A stretch of DNA of 64,000 nucleotides from an uncultured virus (IMG/VR IMGVR_UViG_3300021254_000023) (taxonomy: Duplodnaviria; Heunggongvirae; Uroviricota; Caudoviricetes), in the IMG/VR virus record IMGVR_UViG_3300021254_000023. One strand, given 5' to 3'. The position numbers and the translations under genes are program-made. Of this stretch, positions 26,316-38,180 are shown piece after piece. Every line of letters starts with the position of its first letter. Position 1 is the first letter of the stretch. The notes under the pieces were generated by a model. That model saw nothing but the letters and a program-made list of their open reading frames with translations. It ran no database searches and was not told the origin of the DNA.

Positions 26316-28381
26316 GAATAGAATATGATAATTATCTAGATAGAACCACAGAGCTTGATCCACTACCATATTTTACTACTATTAATAAGATTGTTTTAAA
26401 AGGTGAATCGCAGCCAGATATTACCATGTACTATGGAAGCGATGAATCTCTTTTAGGACTTTCTGACATAAATGAGTATGGTTGGGAGTTTTTGGTTAAT
26501 AAGTATAAATATGACGATACCGATGTCCTATCGCTTCTTCCTTTTGCAGTAAAAAATAACATAGGGACATCAATGTCTGACATAGAGACATTAAGGAAGG
26601 CTTTATTTCCGACCATTGCTGGTGAAGAAACTAGAGTAGGGTCGGATTCAATCGAGTATTTTGGAACGCTTTCTGTTGGTAGGCAAAAATTGCTTATCGT
26701 ACGTATTCCACCTAAGTATTCTATAGCTGAACTTTGGGATACGACTGATATTATGCAAAGAACAGATTACATAGATCCAGATACGGGTGAAATTAAATAC
26801 AGCGAGTACGAACGATTTGTTAATAATAGCTCAATTGATGATTCTAGTGATAGAAGGTCAGCACCTGTCGATGGTTTAGATGCTATTGTTACGCTTCTCC
26901 CTAAGATAAAGGTGAGTATGGATGGTGATGAAATTACATGTACTGATCTAGTTTGGTTTGTTATATCAACAGGAACCTCTGGGCAGAGTAGCGTTTCTAA
27001 CATTAATTTGTCTTTTCTTTCATGGGAAGGTGTTAAAAATCCACACAGAAATCTTCATGAATATCTTTTGAGAAACGATGATAAAGCTTTTATCGAAACT
27101 ACTACGAAAGTTGTTGAATATGATTCTGTGTTGGATCAATATATGGATAAAGCATCTGGTACGTTAGTTGGTAATAAAAAAATATACAATCATCCACTCC
27201 TAGATAAAGCAATTTTCCTAGCTAACACAAACCAAGACTGGGATAGAAATGCAATTTACGATCGTGGAGAGAAAGCTGTATGTAAGGGAGTAGAGTATGT
27301 ATCACTAGTTCCTAAAAATCGTGGAAACTATCCTCTCTGGAATCCATCACTCTGGATGAAATCTGATATAATGCCCTCCCGACAGGAGTGTTTTGGTGCA
27401 AAAATTATATCTCTAAGAACATCCGGAACGGGTATGAATGTTGTTGGTAGTATACAACCCTCTAATGTAATTGTTTCTAGTGATGTTGAGAGAGGTAGTT
27501 ATAAGAAGTTTAATATTTCTTACTTAAGCTGTGGAGTTTTACAAGAGAATTCTTTAGTTAAGTTTAAAGATAACTTAGGAAATATTGTAGAAGGCCTTCT
27601 TAAAGAGAAAGAGTATCAAGCTTTTCGATATAATAATCGTGAGCAAGAAGTGTGGATAGACCTGTATGATCTGATAAATAATGTTGATTCATCTAATTCC
27701 ATTACTATGAATTTTGTACCAACTGATTGTCAGGTTAAGGGAATAGTAATAAATGAAGAAACAGGGAATAGGACAGACTTATCAGCCTCTAGTTTTAGTT
27801 TAGGTGGGGACTATACATACTATAAAGACTTACAGACTGGTTTTACGACCACAGTTAGCAGAGTAGTTAAAAATTACTACATCAATGGGACTTTCTTGGG
27901 GAGCGTTGATCTCCCTGAGTCTAAATATTATTTAGCTGGCGAAAGTACAATCATTATTAGTGATACTATGGATATCCCTGCATCAATAGTGTATGAGGTA
28001 TATGCAAGGCGCCTTCAGCATTCACTCTTAATCTCAGAATATCCTGGATTTATTGTGGACTACGTTGAAAGAAAAGTAAATGTCTCTGATATAGCGGACG
28101 AAACTCCATCTCCTGCTTCTATTAAATTTAGACCAGTAGATGGTGATTTTGAGAAGATTGTATCTGTTAGTGCAATGTGGGATGATGTGTGGCACGAATC
28201 TATTCTTAGTACTGTGTCTATAGAGCGTATGAGTTATACGGCCCAAAGCTACGCACCAGCAGGCCAACCCGTTGATACTTGGGTTTTGAAGAAGAAATTA
28301 GATCAAGTAACAGGTCTTCCTAAGTACTATGAGGTTGAAATTCCGAACGTTATTAAAGATATTACATTTGCATTAGTATGA
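26312..28381 (+). CDS. Baseplate/tail structural protein with a CBM5/12-like motif
   Basis: 'WDRNAIYDRGEKAVCKGVEYVSL...N.G..P......W' at ~27239-27355. Confidence 0.5.
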   Translation: MRIEYDNYLDRTTELDPLPYFTTINKIVLKGESQPDITMYYGSDESLLGLSDINEYGWEFLVNKYKYDDTDVLSLLPFAVKNNIGTSMSDIETLRKALFPTIAGEETRVGSDSIEYFGTLSVGRQKLLIVRIPPKYSIAELWDTTDIMQRTDYIDPDTGEIKYSEYERFVNNSSIDDSSDRRSAPVDGLDAIVTLLPKIKVSMDGDEITCTDLVWFVISTGTSGQSSVSNINLSFLSWEGVKNPHRNLHEYLLRNDDKAFIETTTKVVEYDSVLDQYMDKASGTLVGNKKIYNHPLLDKAIFLANTNQDWDRNAIYDRGEKAVCKGVEYVSLVPKNRGNYPLWNPSLWMKSDIMPSRQECFGAKIISLRTSGTGMNVVGSIQPSNVIVSSDVERGSYKKFNISYLSCGVLQENSLVKFKDNLGNIVEGLLKEKEYQAFRYNNREQEVWIDLYDLINNVDSSNSITMNFVPTDCQVKGIVINEETGNRTDLSASSFSLGGDYTYYKDLQTGFTTTVSRVVKNYYINGTFLGSVDLPESKYYLAGESTIIISDTMDIPASIVYEVYARRLQHSLLISEYPGFIVDYVERKVNVSDIADETPSPASIKFRPVDGDFEKIVSVSAMWDDVWHESILSTVSIERMSYTAQSYAPAGQPVDTWVLKKKLDQVTGLPKYYEVEIPNVIKDITFALV

Positions 28382-29502
28382 TAATAAATAATAAAAGCAT
28401 TAGAGGTATATTTGTCTATACGCCGGAAGCTGTCTTTGAACGAGCTGATTATGTTATAGAGGGAATATATATCTATATATGTGAAGCGGATCGTGTTTCT
28501 GGGTTTAAACCTTCTGAAAACCCAGATAAATTCTCTTTGTATGTTGGAGGAGAATTAGCAACATTAGAGGATTTTACTAAGTATGCATTACAAGGAGATT
28601 CAGATTCAGGTAATAAGTTGGTGTCTGCTTATCTTCTTGGACAAATACTTAACACGTACCAGTCTGGTTACAATGAGTCTGGAATTATAACCAATTCAGT
28701 TGCCGCTGATGGTGAGATCTTCATGTCTGAATATTTTGGTATAGATACAGGCCATAATATAACTGGAACTAAATATCTAGATCCACTAAAAGAGATTATG
28801 ATTCAGCCCGGCCTTAATAGTGCTGTTTTTACAGTTCATAGAGACATAGCGAATCGTATTTTTGGTCAGTTCTCGAAAGATAACTTAGCAACAGTTATTC
28901 TTCGGCAGTATACGTATAAAGAACAGGGGGTAGATAATAGATATATACGTGTCCAGGAGATTGTTGATCAGGAGACTGGTTCAACTAAGTTTAGATATCT
29001 AGTTGTGGATGATCAAGATTACTCTGGAGTAGTTTCTGCTTGGGTAAGTACGAATGTATCAGAAGGTGTTGCAGATCAAGTCGACGCCATAGTTAATTAT
29101 TATATAGCTGAAAATGAACGACTTAGATCTAAAGAGGCGGGTCTTCAGAATATGTTTAGGTTCGCAGAGTTAGGAATAAGTTCTAGTGGATTGGAAGTTG
29201 ATATAGCAGGACTTGATGATTCTGATTACGTAACTGTATGTTTATATAAAAATGATAATGTATCAGGTTCTACTATAATTAGGTCTAATGAGACATTGAC
29301 TATTCCTCTTTCAGATTTTGTAGACTCTTTAACGAGAGTATATCAGGTATTTTCTGCTTATCGTGCGACGATTAACAGGTCTCCTAGTAAATTAACTTTT
29401 ACATTTACATCCTCGTCTACCCAGGGCGCATCTGTAAGAGTAGGAAATGCGTATTATAGACAGTCTTATCCAGATTATCAACAATGGCTCAGTCAAAATT
29501 AA
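28378..29502 (+). CDS. Hypothetical structural protein
   Basis: 374 aa ORF, translationally coupled within the tail operon. Confidence 0.6.
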   Translation: MIINNKSIRGIFVYTPEAVFERADYVIEGIYIYICEADRVSGFKPSENPDKFSLYVGGELATLEDFTKYALQGDSDSGNKLVSAYLLGQILNTYQSGYNESGIITNSVAADGEIFMSEYFGIDTGHNITGTKYLDPLKEIMIQPGLNSAVFTVHRDIANRIFGQFSKDNLATVILRQYTYKEQGVDNRYIRVQEIVDQETGSTKFRYLVVDDQDYSGVVSAWVSTNVSEGVADQVDAIVNYYIAENERLRSKEAGLQNMFRFAELGISSSGLEVDIAGLDDSDYVTVCLYKNDNVSGSTIIRSNETLTIPLSDFVDSLTRVYQVFSAYRATINRSPSKLTFTFTSSSTQGASVRVGNAYYRQSYPDYQQWLSQN

Positions 29503-30314
29503 ATATAGCTTCTACTTACGGAAACTCTGATTTATACCTAGACAATCAAGGTAATTCTACAGAATCTCCAAGTATCTGGATTGGAACTAGTTGGGAAATT
29601 GAAACTGAAGCTGGAGTTTGTCAAAATGAATCATCTTTAGAAGGACCCCTTACGGTGATTGAAGTATTCTCTAGACTCAATCAAAGACGTTTTCATAATC
29701 CCCTTAGAAAAATCGTTCATGGGATTAATACATCAGAGCCGTCTCTTCGACTGATTAGAGATGATATTCAGGCTAGTCCATTTAAAATAGATAACCACTT
29801 ATATCCAGGCTCATATCAACGAGGACCTGAAACAGTTTCACTAATGAGTGATTCGTTAAGTGAGGAAGAAGTTAATAGAATAAATGAAATATATAACATG
29901 ACAATATTAGACGATAATAGTATTTCTCTTTACAATGCTGCTAAACTAGAGGTTGATCTAGACCGTGGTTCCATAACAATTAATATGGTTGGGGATAAGG
30001 ACTATACCAACACCATATCTTTAAAGAGTGTTGAAAAGAAGTATGCCAAAGCAAATATTTCAGGGAAAGTAGATCTTACTGTTAAGTATACTAAAAGTGG
30101 TCTTACTTATACTAAAGATCTTTCTTTCGAGGCTTTTAAGTATAGCAGCAATGAATTTAGACCAGAATCAACAAGTAATTCCTATGTTAGTCCAGTAGGA
30201 AATGTTGATGTGGTAGTAGAATACTTAGGTGGGATTGTAAGAGTTATACCAGAATCTGAAGATATTGATGAATGTATAATCAGTAGCTGTGTAGTAACTT
30301 ATGGTCGCATCTAA
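29484..30314 (+). CDS. Hypothetical structural protein
   Basis: 276 aa ORF overlapping both neighbours. Confidence 0.6.
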   Translation: MAQSKLNIASTYGNSDLYLDNQGNSTESPSIWIGTSWEIETEAGVCQNESSLEGPLTVIEVFSRLNQRRFHNPLRKIVHGINTSEPSLRLIRDDIQASPFKIDNHLYPGSYQRGPETVSLMSDSLSEEEVNRINEIYNMTILDDNSISLYNAAKLEVDLDRGSITINMVGDKDYTNTISLKSVEKKYAKANISGKVDLTVKYTKSGLTYTKDLSFEAFKYSSNEFRPESTSNSYVSPVGNVDVVVEYLGGIVRVIPESEDIDECIISSCVVTYGRI

Positions 30315-32067
30315 GAAAACAGAGATTTTAGGAACGAAATCTCTTAATCAGTGTGATAGTATTAGGCTATACAACACTGAGACTTTTAAGAACCCTAGTA
30401 TCGTATCGGGATTTGGATTATCAGAAAGCGAAGTAGTATTACTCAGATCCATTCCCGATGCTACTAAGGTGATAGAAATAAATACAATTCTATCAAGATT
30501 TACTGAATATGATGTTATCAAACCGTCCAAGGATTTAATATTTACATTTAATAATAATATACCCGGTCTCTTGAATGGACAGGGATTTGATACAATCATT
30601 TTCCTCTTTATGGGGGAGGTTTTGGGTTATATGAGTCTCTTGAATCCCGTCGGAAAAACAGTTAGTCAAAACGGGGAGACATATGACTTAAAAAGATCTT
30701 ATACAGTAAATACGATATACTTAACTTTGACCAGTGATGGCAACGGAATTTTGGTTAATAAAGACCTGATAAGTCTTTTAAATGAACTTATACCTATTGC
30801 AGAAACCACTGGGCGAGACTTACGAGGGGAAGAGAATTATAACTTCGCCACGGTAAAAGATATTGAAGGTAGTGTAAATAGACATTCAAATTATACAATT
30901 CATACAGAAGAGTTTTTATCAGGGAGAGATATTTTTACTGATACTACTATAGCATCAAATCTTGGTGTTAATGGCGAACTGACTATGTATAAACTAGGAA
31001 TTAAGAGGAACTTAATATTGGACAATGTATACTCTTCTTTCGAACACCATCAAATAGGTTACTATAAAGGTGATCCTAGCTTATATATTTGGAATGACGA
31101 TGGTAGGTATTCAATATTCTCACTAACTAAACTCTTAGGTGAATATTTTGATGATTCTAATACAAGACCACTTTCATATACAATCAATAATGAGATTTCT
31201 AAATCAGAAACCTTCCAAGTACCATATCTTCTTATGGGACAGGTACGCCCGACAATAGTTGGTTTTGCTGGAAAATATCTGATATGTAGGCTTTCAGGAA
31301 AACAATATCTTCTAGATATTGATAGACAGTCCGGAGAAGATCCTTATAATCCACTATATGAAAAAAATAAAGGTTGGATTAAGTGGAAAGACCCTGATAC
31401 TGGTACTATGATCCCGATAACTGATTTCCTAGTAGATCGAACGGATCCCTACTGTAAAATCATTCTTCCGGAAAAAGATACCTGGGAGTGGACACATTGG
31501 ACAGATGTCGTTGAGAGTGTTAAATCTCTTAGTGATACCTACTCTGATTCTAGTGTTGGCGTAGTAGGGTATAATAAGTCCTTTACTGCTAAATATGGTC
31601 AGTGGCATGTAACGGAAGATATGATTACTAAAACCTATTCGGGGATGACTAGATCTTTGGTTATGGCTATTGAGGAGAATGATCCTTTTGTCTTAAATGA
31701 CAGAGCCCTAATCACTTGGTCAGAAGGAGTAGACTCTGACGGTTGTAATACAATAACCTACACTCTTTATAACAATGATGGGTATTATATGACTCAACGA
31801 TGTTATGATAATGGAGCCTCCTCTTCAGATGGAGAGTCTTTTGGTGAAAATTACATAGTATATCCAAGTAATTCTACTAAATCGGTAACGTTTAGAGTAT
31901 CTTCTACAAATGATGTAGCCGCTAGTAGTCCATTGGATATTCAGAATAGCTTTTTTGCTGGATATCGGAGGGGAAGTCTCCCTATTACTATGGATGGATT
32001 TAAAGTAATTGGGGCTTTAGCTGGATTGATATTCTATAGAATTGGTAATACTATAAATTATTTATAA
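30301..32067 (+). CDS. Hypothetical structural protein
   Basis: 588 aa ORF in the tail operon. Confidence 0.6.
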   Translation: MVASKKTEILGTKSLNQCDSIRLYNTETFKNPSIVSGFGLSESEVVLLRSIPDATKVIEINTILSRFTEYDVIKPSKDLIFTFNNNIPGLLNGQGFDTIIFLFMGEVLGYMSLLNPVGKTVSQNGETYDLKRSYTVNTIYLTLTSDGNGILVNKDLISLLNELIPIAETTGRDLRGEENYNFATVKDIEGSVNRHSNYTIHTEEFLSGRDIFTDTTIASNLGVNGELTMYKLGIKRNLILDNVYSSFEHHQIGYYKGDPSLYIWNDDGRYSIFSLTKLLGEYFDDSNTRPLSYTINNEISKSETFQVPYLLMGQVRPTIVGFAGKYLICRLSGKQYLLDIDRQSGEDPYNPLYEKNKGWIKWKDPDTGTMIPITDFLVDRTDPYCKIILPEKDTWEWTHWTDVVESVKSLSDTYSDSSVGVVGYNKSFTAKYGQWHVTEDMITKTYSGMTRSLVMAIEENDPFVLNDRALITWSEGVDSDGCNTITYTLYNNDGYYMTQRCYDNGASSSDGESFGENYIVYPSNSTKSVTFRVSSTNDVAASSPLDIQNSFFAGYRRGSLPITMDGFKVIGALAGLIFYRIGNTINYL

Positions 32068-32076
32068 TAGAAAAGT

Positions 32077-35000
32077 ATGACGTTAAAATTTAGCGACAAA
32101 TTTAAAAAAGAAATACAAGAACTTGGCAATGCGGTACTCTTAAATGAGGCAACTCTTTATGGACCTAATTTCCCGTATGAAGAGACTTATATAGAGTTTC
32201 AGTCATTGTGGAACGAAGAGACTAAGACACTTAATATGACCCTAGACCTGTCAGAATTTGAACCAGAAGTTCTAAAGGGAGTAACTATTATTCAGGTTTA
32301 TTATAGTGACTTGAATGGAGAAAGATTGGGAGAAGCTTTTCAATTAAAGTCTCCTGACGATATGCTCCTCTGTCATAAGAAGAGAGATCCAGCTAACTAC
32401 AATGATCCAGTTACTTATCTGACCCGAGATCTAAATCACATTACAGTGTACTTCCCGTCTACTACTGTAGCAGATATAAAAACTCTTTTATCAGATGATA
32501 ATACTAAGTTCTTAGAAAAATATGCTGGTATGCAAGGTGTTAATACGTTTCTCGCCAAAGAAGGTCGTTATGAGGAAACTGATTACTTAACAAAAGATTC
32601 CTATAAAGCCTACATTAGAGATAGAATTTCGCTTACGAATTCAATTCCACTATATATTGATAAAAATGGCGAGAAAGTAACTAGCATATCAACATACAAA
32701 CACTATAAAAAAATAGAAATTCGCTCAGAAGGTGATACCCCTCAGGGTACTAGTGGATCCAAGACTAAGTACACTATAAATAATGGTGGAACAGCTACTA
32801 TTATTGGAACCGTATTCTATGACCTGTATACTGTTAGTAATGGCATATATACTCTAGAGAAAGAAAATCTTCGAGAGGATCTTTCCACAACTACATTAGT
32901 TCAGTTAGATTCGACGACGGGGGAACCTTTAGGAAATACTACTTCATCTGTTGAGATTAATTCTTTCCAGAAGACTATTACTTTCAATAGTGATCAAACC
33001 ACAGAAACTAATGATTTTGCTTGCCTCCTGATGTTTACTCCGGAAATAACTGATCCGGACCTAGGCACGGTAGCAGGTAATTCGTTTACCATTAAATCAA
33101 ATATAGTAGAGTATGTTACCTACTTAAGATGGAATGTTGAGTATGGTTCATCTCTATATGATAATGGTATTGTTGTTTTGGTTTTTGATTCCACTAGGGG
33201 ATCTGGCTTATGGAATTATGAATCAGATGAAGAAGGTCGTAAGACTTGTATATCTGTTTTCAGTGAGTCTAATATAAATCCTCAGACGGATATTATAATT
33301 ACCCCAGAGGACGAAGAGCGATTCTATAACTATTTTGAAATTATTTTCCCGACGGAAGGAGTTTTTGAAACTTTGAATAAACGTTGGAGATATGATATAG
33401 AAATAGTAACTATTCAAGATAATCTTAATGATAAGTGGTGGTATCCGTTGGGACCTGATGGAAAGGGGTCTATGATTCTTTCTAAGATTCAAGTAAACTC
33501 AGGTACGAAAAATGCGGAAGCTGATATACGGTTTTATTGTGTTCAGAGACCAACGTATCCATTAGTTATCGCTGGTAGTGAGGATATTTCTTCTCTCTCA
33601 TTCCCAACTAACTTAGGACCAAAAGAGATTAGATTCTACCTAGATAGACCTGTAGATAATTATACCTCTTGGGAAGTAGATATGACTGGGTTGGATTCAG
33701 ATCTCTTAATAACTTCTCCATCAAATAACCTAGTAGATTATAGCTCGGGAACTGTAGTAAGTCCTACGTCTGCAATTACTGCAATAACAGCAGTATCTCC
33801 AGCTTATAGTAGCACAGTAAATTTAGGAAATATAGTATTTCGGAGAAGAGATAAGGATGGCTCTGCAGATTTTTCATACTGGAAAGATCTAATCTATTGT
33901 CACCCGATTAATGATATTTCCATAAATTTCTCTATTGAGAGATTAGATTACGAATCTGAATCTGTAGTAGTTGATCCCCAAAGGATAAATTATCCAGATA
34001 CTCCGGAGGTTCCTACTAAATATTATTATCCTGTAGGGGATGAGTATAAGAGACTGTATATATTTAACCCGCAGGAGACGAAGAGTTTTATATTAAACAC
34101 GACACTAACTTCGGAGTTAGCTGTCAATATGAATTCAGAATTTCGTAGTATCTTTGAACAGTTTTTCACTACGTCTGTAACTAAATTAGATGATGGGTCG
34201 TATAGAGTAGAGATAACATCTAAACCGAGAAACCCAGAGTATGATTGGTCAAGTTGGTGGCCGAAAACTTCTGAGTCTACTCCGATTGAACTTTATGTTG
34301 GAAATGAGACATTCTATTGTGTAGTAAAGCCTAATCTTCCTGATCTTAAGTTTTATATAAAGGAAGATGACTCTTATAGAGTAGTTACTGAGGTTGAGAT
34401 GAACTCTGAGAAAAACCAGATCGAAGGACCAAATAATACTATTGCACATCGTCAGATTGTGTATGTCACCTCTGATATGTTAAGTTCAGAGTTTCCCGGG
34501 TGGACAGTATTCTCAAAGGATAGTGAAATAGAGATCTCTTCCGTAGATCCATCTAATAATTCTGGTTCTTCTATGTCTGGGTTTATTCTTGATGGTAATA
34601 TTGACAATTGGCCAAGTAGTGGACAACAGTATACAATGATTACTACGACTACTCTTCCCTATGGTGTATCGCCTGTCAAGTTCGATGATCTAGTTGTTCG
34701 TCGTACGGCTGGTAGTAGCCTAGTGGATACTGTAGGTGGTCTATTTTCAGATTGGAGGAATCAATTAGTTGATAGTAACTTCTCACTAGGTTTATCTTTA
34801 GCACCGACAGGGAAATCAGATAAGATAGATGTTCAATATCTAACACCGACCGGGAATAGAGTAGACTATATTGAAGGGTATCCGCTTGAACTTGATTATA
34901 TTGGTTTATACCGGATATATGTAAAGAGTGAGGTGGGATTCCGTGTTTCCTTGCCTAGTAGCAATAAGAGAGATGGATTCTACTTCTTTGATCAATCTGG

Positions 35001-38000
35001 GAACAAGATCAAATGGGACGTATTAACGTTAGACGAAGGATCTTTCGATAATGTTACTGGTCGCGAGATATGTTTTGCTTTTATTGGCCATGAACCTGGT
35101 ACTTTTAGCTGTAAAGAACAGACCCTAGAGACATCGATCAGAATAACCAGTTTTGATGATGGAAGTTCTGTAATAATTCCACTTCATAGAAAATACTTTA
35201 ATCAACAATCTAGTACTCTAAGCAATCAAGTCCTGGATACAAACATTGTTCCAACAGTCAAACAAGATAGTATTGTTTTTGTCAAGCCTAGTATTCCAGG
35301 AGAATTGAATCTTCAATTCGTTTCTAATCTAGAGACTATTACTGAATATACTCCACTTGTCGAGGGATGTACTACATCAGTAGTTATTAAATATCCGAAG
35401 GGAAATCCATCGTTTGATTACGGTTCTTACCTGGCACAGTCTATTGTTAAAAGAGGTACTAAGATTACAACTATTGGTTCTCGTGGATATATTAGTTCTG
35501 AATCAGGCGTGTCTTATGTACCTGGTTCAGTATTAGATAAAACCTATCCTATTTCTCCAATGGGACTGGTTGAAGTAAAAAATCCAGGTGCTCTATCGCA
35601 GGTTAATGGAGAGTCTATAAAAGTTACATTATACCAACTAATAGATGCTCCTAAAATAACTACAAACTACGAAACAGAGGGACGAGTTGTAGCGCTGTCT
35701 AACCGATTAGGGAATTCAAAAATGCTCTATGTTAAGGCCGAGAATACGGTCTATGACATCTATTATATTGTAGGAAATAGTAATGAGTATACGAAAGTAG
35801 AGAGAGATTCTACCGGTTATGCAGATTTTATTGTTCCAGATTCAACAGGCACTAATCAAGTTCGAGTAGTTCGTATGCCTTCTGAAGACAGTGATCTAGG
35901 GGAGGCGTGGAAAATAACTACCGAATGTGAGTATCCCGCTGAGATAGACGATCTAGTTTTTGGTGGACTTAGGTTTGTAACATATGTTCCTTATGGGGAA
36001 TTTATACAAGACTCAGACGGTAATAAGATTACTAGTTACGATCAGTCAACTGTAAACGATATGGTCGGTACTAACAGGGCTATAGTTAGTCTTAAGCGTC
36101 TTAGTAAGAAAAATTCTGAGTCTTCTATTGAAGGCGGAAATCCAGAAGAAACTATCAGCAGGTATGGAGAAGTCAGAGAATATACTGTTTCTCTTATAGA
36201 TCCTTCTGCCCTAATTGATGTTAATGCTTATAAGGATTCTTGGAAAAATCATATAAACTCTATAAGTATAGATGGAACTGCTCTTAGTGTATCCTATAAG
36301 AATCGCCTAACTAGGTTTGGTGTTAACTATAGTGGTACATATTATACTAGTTTTATTGGTTCTTCTTACGTTCAATACGTTAGAAGAGTTGTGGAAGGAG
36401 AGTATAAGTATGTTTTTAGCGATACTGGTCTTTTAAATAAGATGGTAAGTATAGCTGGTGGAAACATTGATTCTAATTTCTCCATATCTGTTGGGGGTAA
36501 ACAAGTTTCATCAAATGGTATTACACAAGATCCTTGGGAATATGGAATAATGTTAGACGGCTACCTGTTTACTGGAAACAATAACCAGACATATTCTAGG
36601 TACTTAAGCTACGATGGTGACAGTACGCAATTTTATGCTTGTAAAGTAAAATTTCCAAAGACTAATAGTAATGATGATACTGAAGATGCTAGATTAATTC
36701 CTATTGAGGGACATCTGACTGTTAAAGTAACCGATGCTAGTAATTCTGATTACGATTTCTCAAAGATAGGGTCTTTTGTTGATAGAACTGACCAAGGTCA
36801 AGCTACTACAACAGGAGAGCTCTGGGAATTTACTAAAGACTCGCAGGGTGGTTCTAGTACTCTATACTATACTGTAGAAATCTCGGATGATTACGATAAT
36901 AAAGTTTCTTTTGATATAATTCAGGAACCTAAAGATACCTTCAAAGTATATCTTTATAGTCACTATGACGAAGAGGAACATATATGCTATGAATCAGATA
37001 GGTTAAAAGGAATCATTTTTAATACACAAGGTACAGTCTACATTGGTAATGATAATGGTGATAGCATTTACATGTTAACTGACTATGGTGTTAATGGTGA
37101 AACTGGATATAATCCGAATTTTTTCAACAGTTCCTATACATATAGTGTTAGGGATGAAAATGGAGCCTCTATATCAGGAACCTACAATTTTAGTGAAAAT
37201 ATGGACTATAGATTGATGTCTTCTGAAGGAATTCATAGAGAAAACGACAGCACCAGTTATGCACTATATGAACTAACTCCTTTCTCTAAACTTATTAGAG
37301 CTACTAATTATAATAGTAGTGGAGGTCCTGCAAGAATGCCTGGTCATATTAGATTTATTAGAACCGTTCAGATAGGCATTAATGATAATTCATACACTGA
37401 AGTTACTGCTTATTATGGAAGCTCAACACTTCAGCTTGTTAATCCCGCTAAGACATATGTTTCAGTAAAGGAAAAAGAAGATGAAGATGGGTACGGCACT
37501 GGAGAATATTATGATCCTAACTATATTATAAACTTTTACGAAAATGATAATGAAGAGTTTAATAAATATACAGCAAATGGATCTTACCTGATGTCTGATA
37601 CAAGACCAAATAGCGGAACATCAGTCATTCCTGTAGATGGAGGCATTCATATATCTTATGCCGAGTTTACTTCAACACCCGCAGATTCCTTAAAGTTCTC
37701 TAAGTATTTCAATAAATATGGTTATTTTGAGGGATGGGGATTAGAGTTTTCTAGGTATGAGTGGGAATTCGATGATCAATATCAACCGGTGCCAACTTAC
37801 GAATGTTGGTTTAGAGAGTCTGGTAACGACGGTTATAAGATCATGCGAGTAAAAAGCTCCTATGGTGCTGATGTCTTGAATGTAGAGAGTGAAGACGATC
37901 TAGTTCCAGTCGATTATTATCCAGAAAGTACCTCTTCAATAGATATTAATATAGCTCCGTACACAGAATCTTCAGATTTCTTCGTAGAGGATGGTAGATA

Positions 38001-38163
38001 TCCAGCTCTGAGTTTGATACTACCAAAAAGTCTATTTACGAGTAATGGAAATAATCATGTACTAAAAAATAATATATCAGTAGATATAGTAACCGAAGAT
38101 AGAGGAACAGTTAGTTTCTACGTAGATGCTGTTCTTAATTTAACAACGGTTTCTTCTACATAA
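32077..38163 (+). CDS. Giant acidic beta-rich protein, likely tandem Ig-like domains
   Basis: 2028 aa, rich in S/T/D/E/Y, with a visible internal duplication (FYCVQRP/FYCVVKP). Confidence 0.55.
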   Translation: MTLKFSDKFKKEIQELGNAVLLNEATLYGPNFPYEETYIEFQSLWNEETKTLNMTLDLSEFEPEVLKGVTIIQVYYSDLNGERLGEAFQLKSPDDMLLCHKKRDPANYNDPVTYLTRDLNHITVYFPSTTVADIKTLLSDDNTKFLEKYAGMQGVNTFLAKEGRYEETDYLTKDSYKAYIRDRISLTNSIPLYIDKNGEKVTSISTYKHYKKIEIRSEGDTPQGTSGSKTKYTINNGGTATIIGTVFYDLYTVSNGIYTLEKENLREDLSTTTLVQLDSTTGEPLGNTTSSVEINSFQKTITFNSDQTTETNDFACLLMFTPEITDPDLGTVAGNSFTIKSNIVEYVTYLRWNVEYGSSLYDNGIVVLVFDSTRGSGLWNYESDEEGRKTCISVFSESNINPQTDIIITPEDEERFYNYFEIIFPTEGVFETLNKRWRYDIEIVTIQDNLNDKWWYPLGPDGKGSMILSKIQVNSGTKNAEADIRFYCVQRPTYPLVIAGSEDISSLSFPTNLGPKEIRFYLDRPVDNYTSWEVDMTGLDSDLLITSPSNNLVDYSSGTVVSPTSAITAITAVSPAYSSTVNLGNIVFRRRDKDGSADFSYWKDLIYCHPINDISINFSIERLDYESESVVVDPQRINYPDTPEVPTKYYYPVGDEYKRLYIFNPQETKSFILNTTLTSELAVNMNSEFRSIFEQFFTTSVTKLDDGSYRVEITSKPRNPEYDWSSWWPKTSESTPIELYVGNETFYCVVKPNLPDLKFYIKEDDSYRVVTEVEMNSEKNQIEGPNNTIAHRQIVYVTSDMLSSEFPGWTVFSKDSEIEISSVDPSNNSGSSMSGFILDGNIDNWPSSGQQYTMITTTTLPYGVSPVKFDDLVVRRTAGSSLVDTVGGLFSDWRNQLVDSNFSLGLSLAPTGKSDKIDVQYLTPTGNRVDYIEGYPLELDYIGLYRIYVKSEVGFRVSLPSSNKRDGFYFFDQSGNKIKWDVLTLDEGSFDNVTGREICFAFIGHEPGTFSCKEQTLETSIRITSFDDGSSVIIPLHRKYFNQQSSTLSNQVLDTNIVPTVKQDSIVFVKPSIPGELNLQFVSNLETITEYTPLVEGCTTSVVIKYPKGNPSFDYGSYLAQSIVKRGTKITTIGSRGYISSESGVSYVPGSVLDKTYPISPMGLVEVKNPGALSQVNGESIKVTLYQLIDAPKITTNYETEGRVVALSNRLGNSKMLYVKAENTVYDIYYIVGNSNEYTKVERDSTGYADFIVPDSTGTNQVRVVRMPSEDSDLGEAWKITTECEYPAEIDDLVFGGLRFVTYVPYGEFIQDSDGNKITSYDQSTVNDMVGTNRAIVSLKRLSKKNSESSIEGGNPEETISRYGEVREYTVSLIDPSALIDVNAYKDSWKNHINSISIDGTALSVSYKNRLTRFGVNYSGTYYTSFIGSSYVQYVRRVVEGEYKYVFSDTGLLNKMVSIAGGNIDSNFSISVGGKQVSSNGITQDPWEYGIMLDGYLFTGNNNQTYSRYLSYDGDSTQFYACKVKFPKTNSNDDTEDARLIPIEGHLTVKVTDASNSDYDFSKIGSFVDRTDQGQATTTGELWEFTKDSQGGSSTLYYTVEISDDYDNKVSFDIIQEPKDTFKVYLYSHYDEEEHICYESDRLKGIIFNTQGTVYIGNDNGDSIYMLTDYGVNGETGYNPNFFNSSYTYSVRDENGASISGTYNFSENMDYRLMSSEGIHRENDSTSYALYELTPFSKLIRATNYNSSGGPARMPGHIRFIRTVQIGINDNSYTEVTAYYGSSTLQLVNPAKTYVSVKEKEDEDGYGTGEYYDPNYIINFYENDNEEFNKYTANGSYLMSDTRPNSGTSVIPVDGGIHISYAEFTSTPADSLKFSKYFNKYGYFEGWGLEFSRYEWEFDDQYQPVPTYECWFRESGNDGYKIMRVKSSYGADVLNVESEDDLVPVDYYPESTSSIDINIAPYTESSDFFVEDGRYPALSLILPKSLFTSNGNNHVLKNNISVDIVTEDRGTVSFYVDAVLNLTTVSST

Positions 38164-38180
38164 AACCCAAACTAAATATA

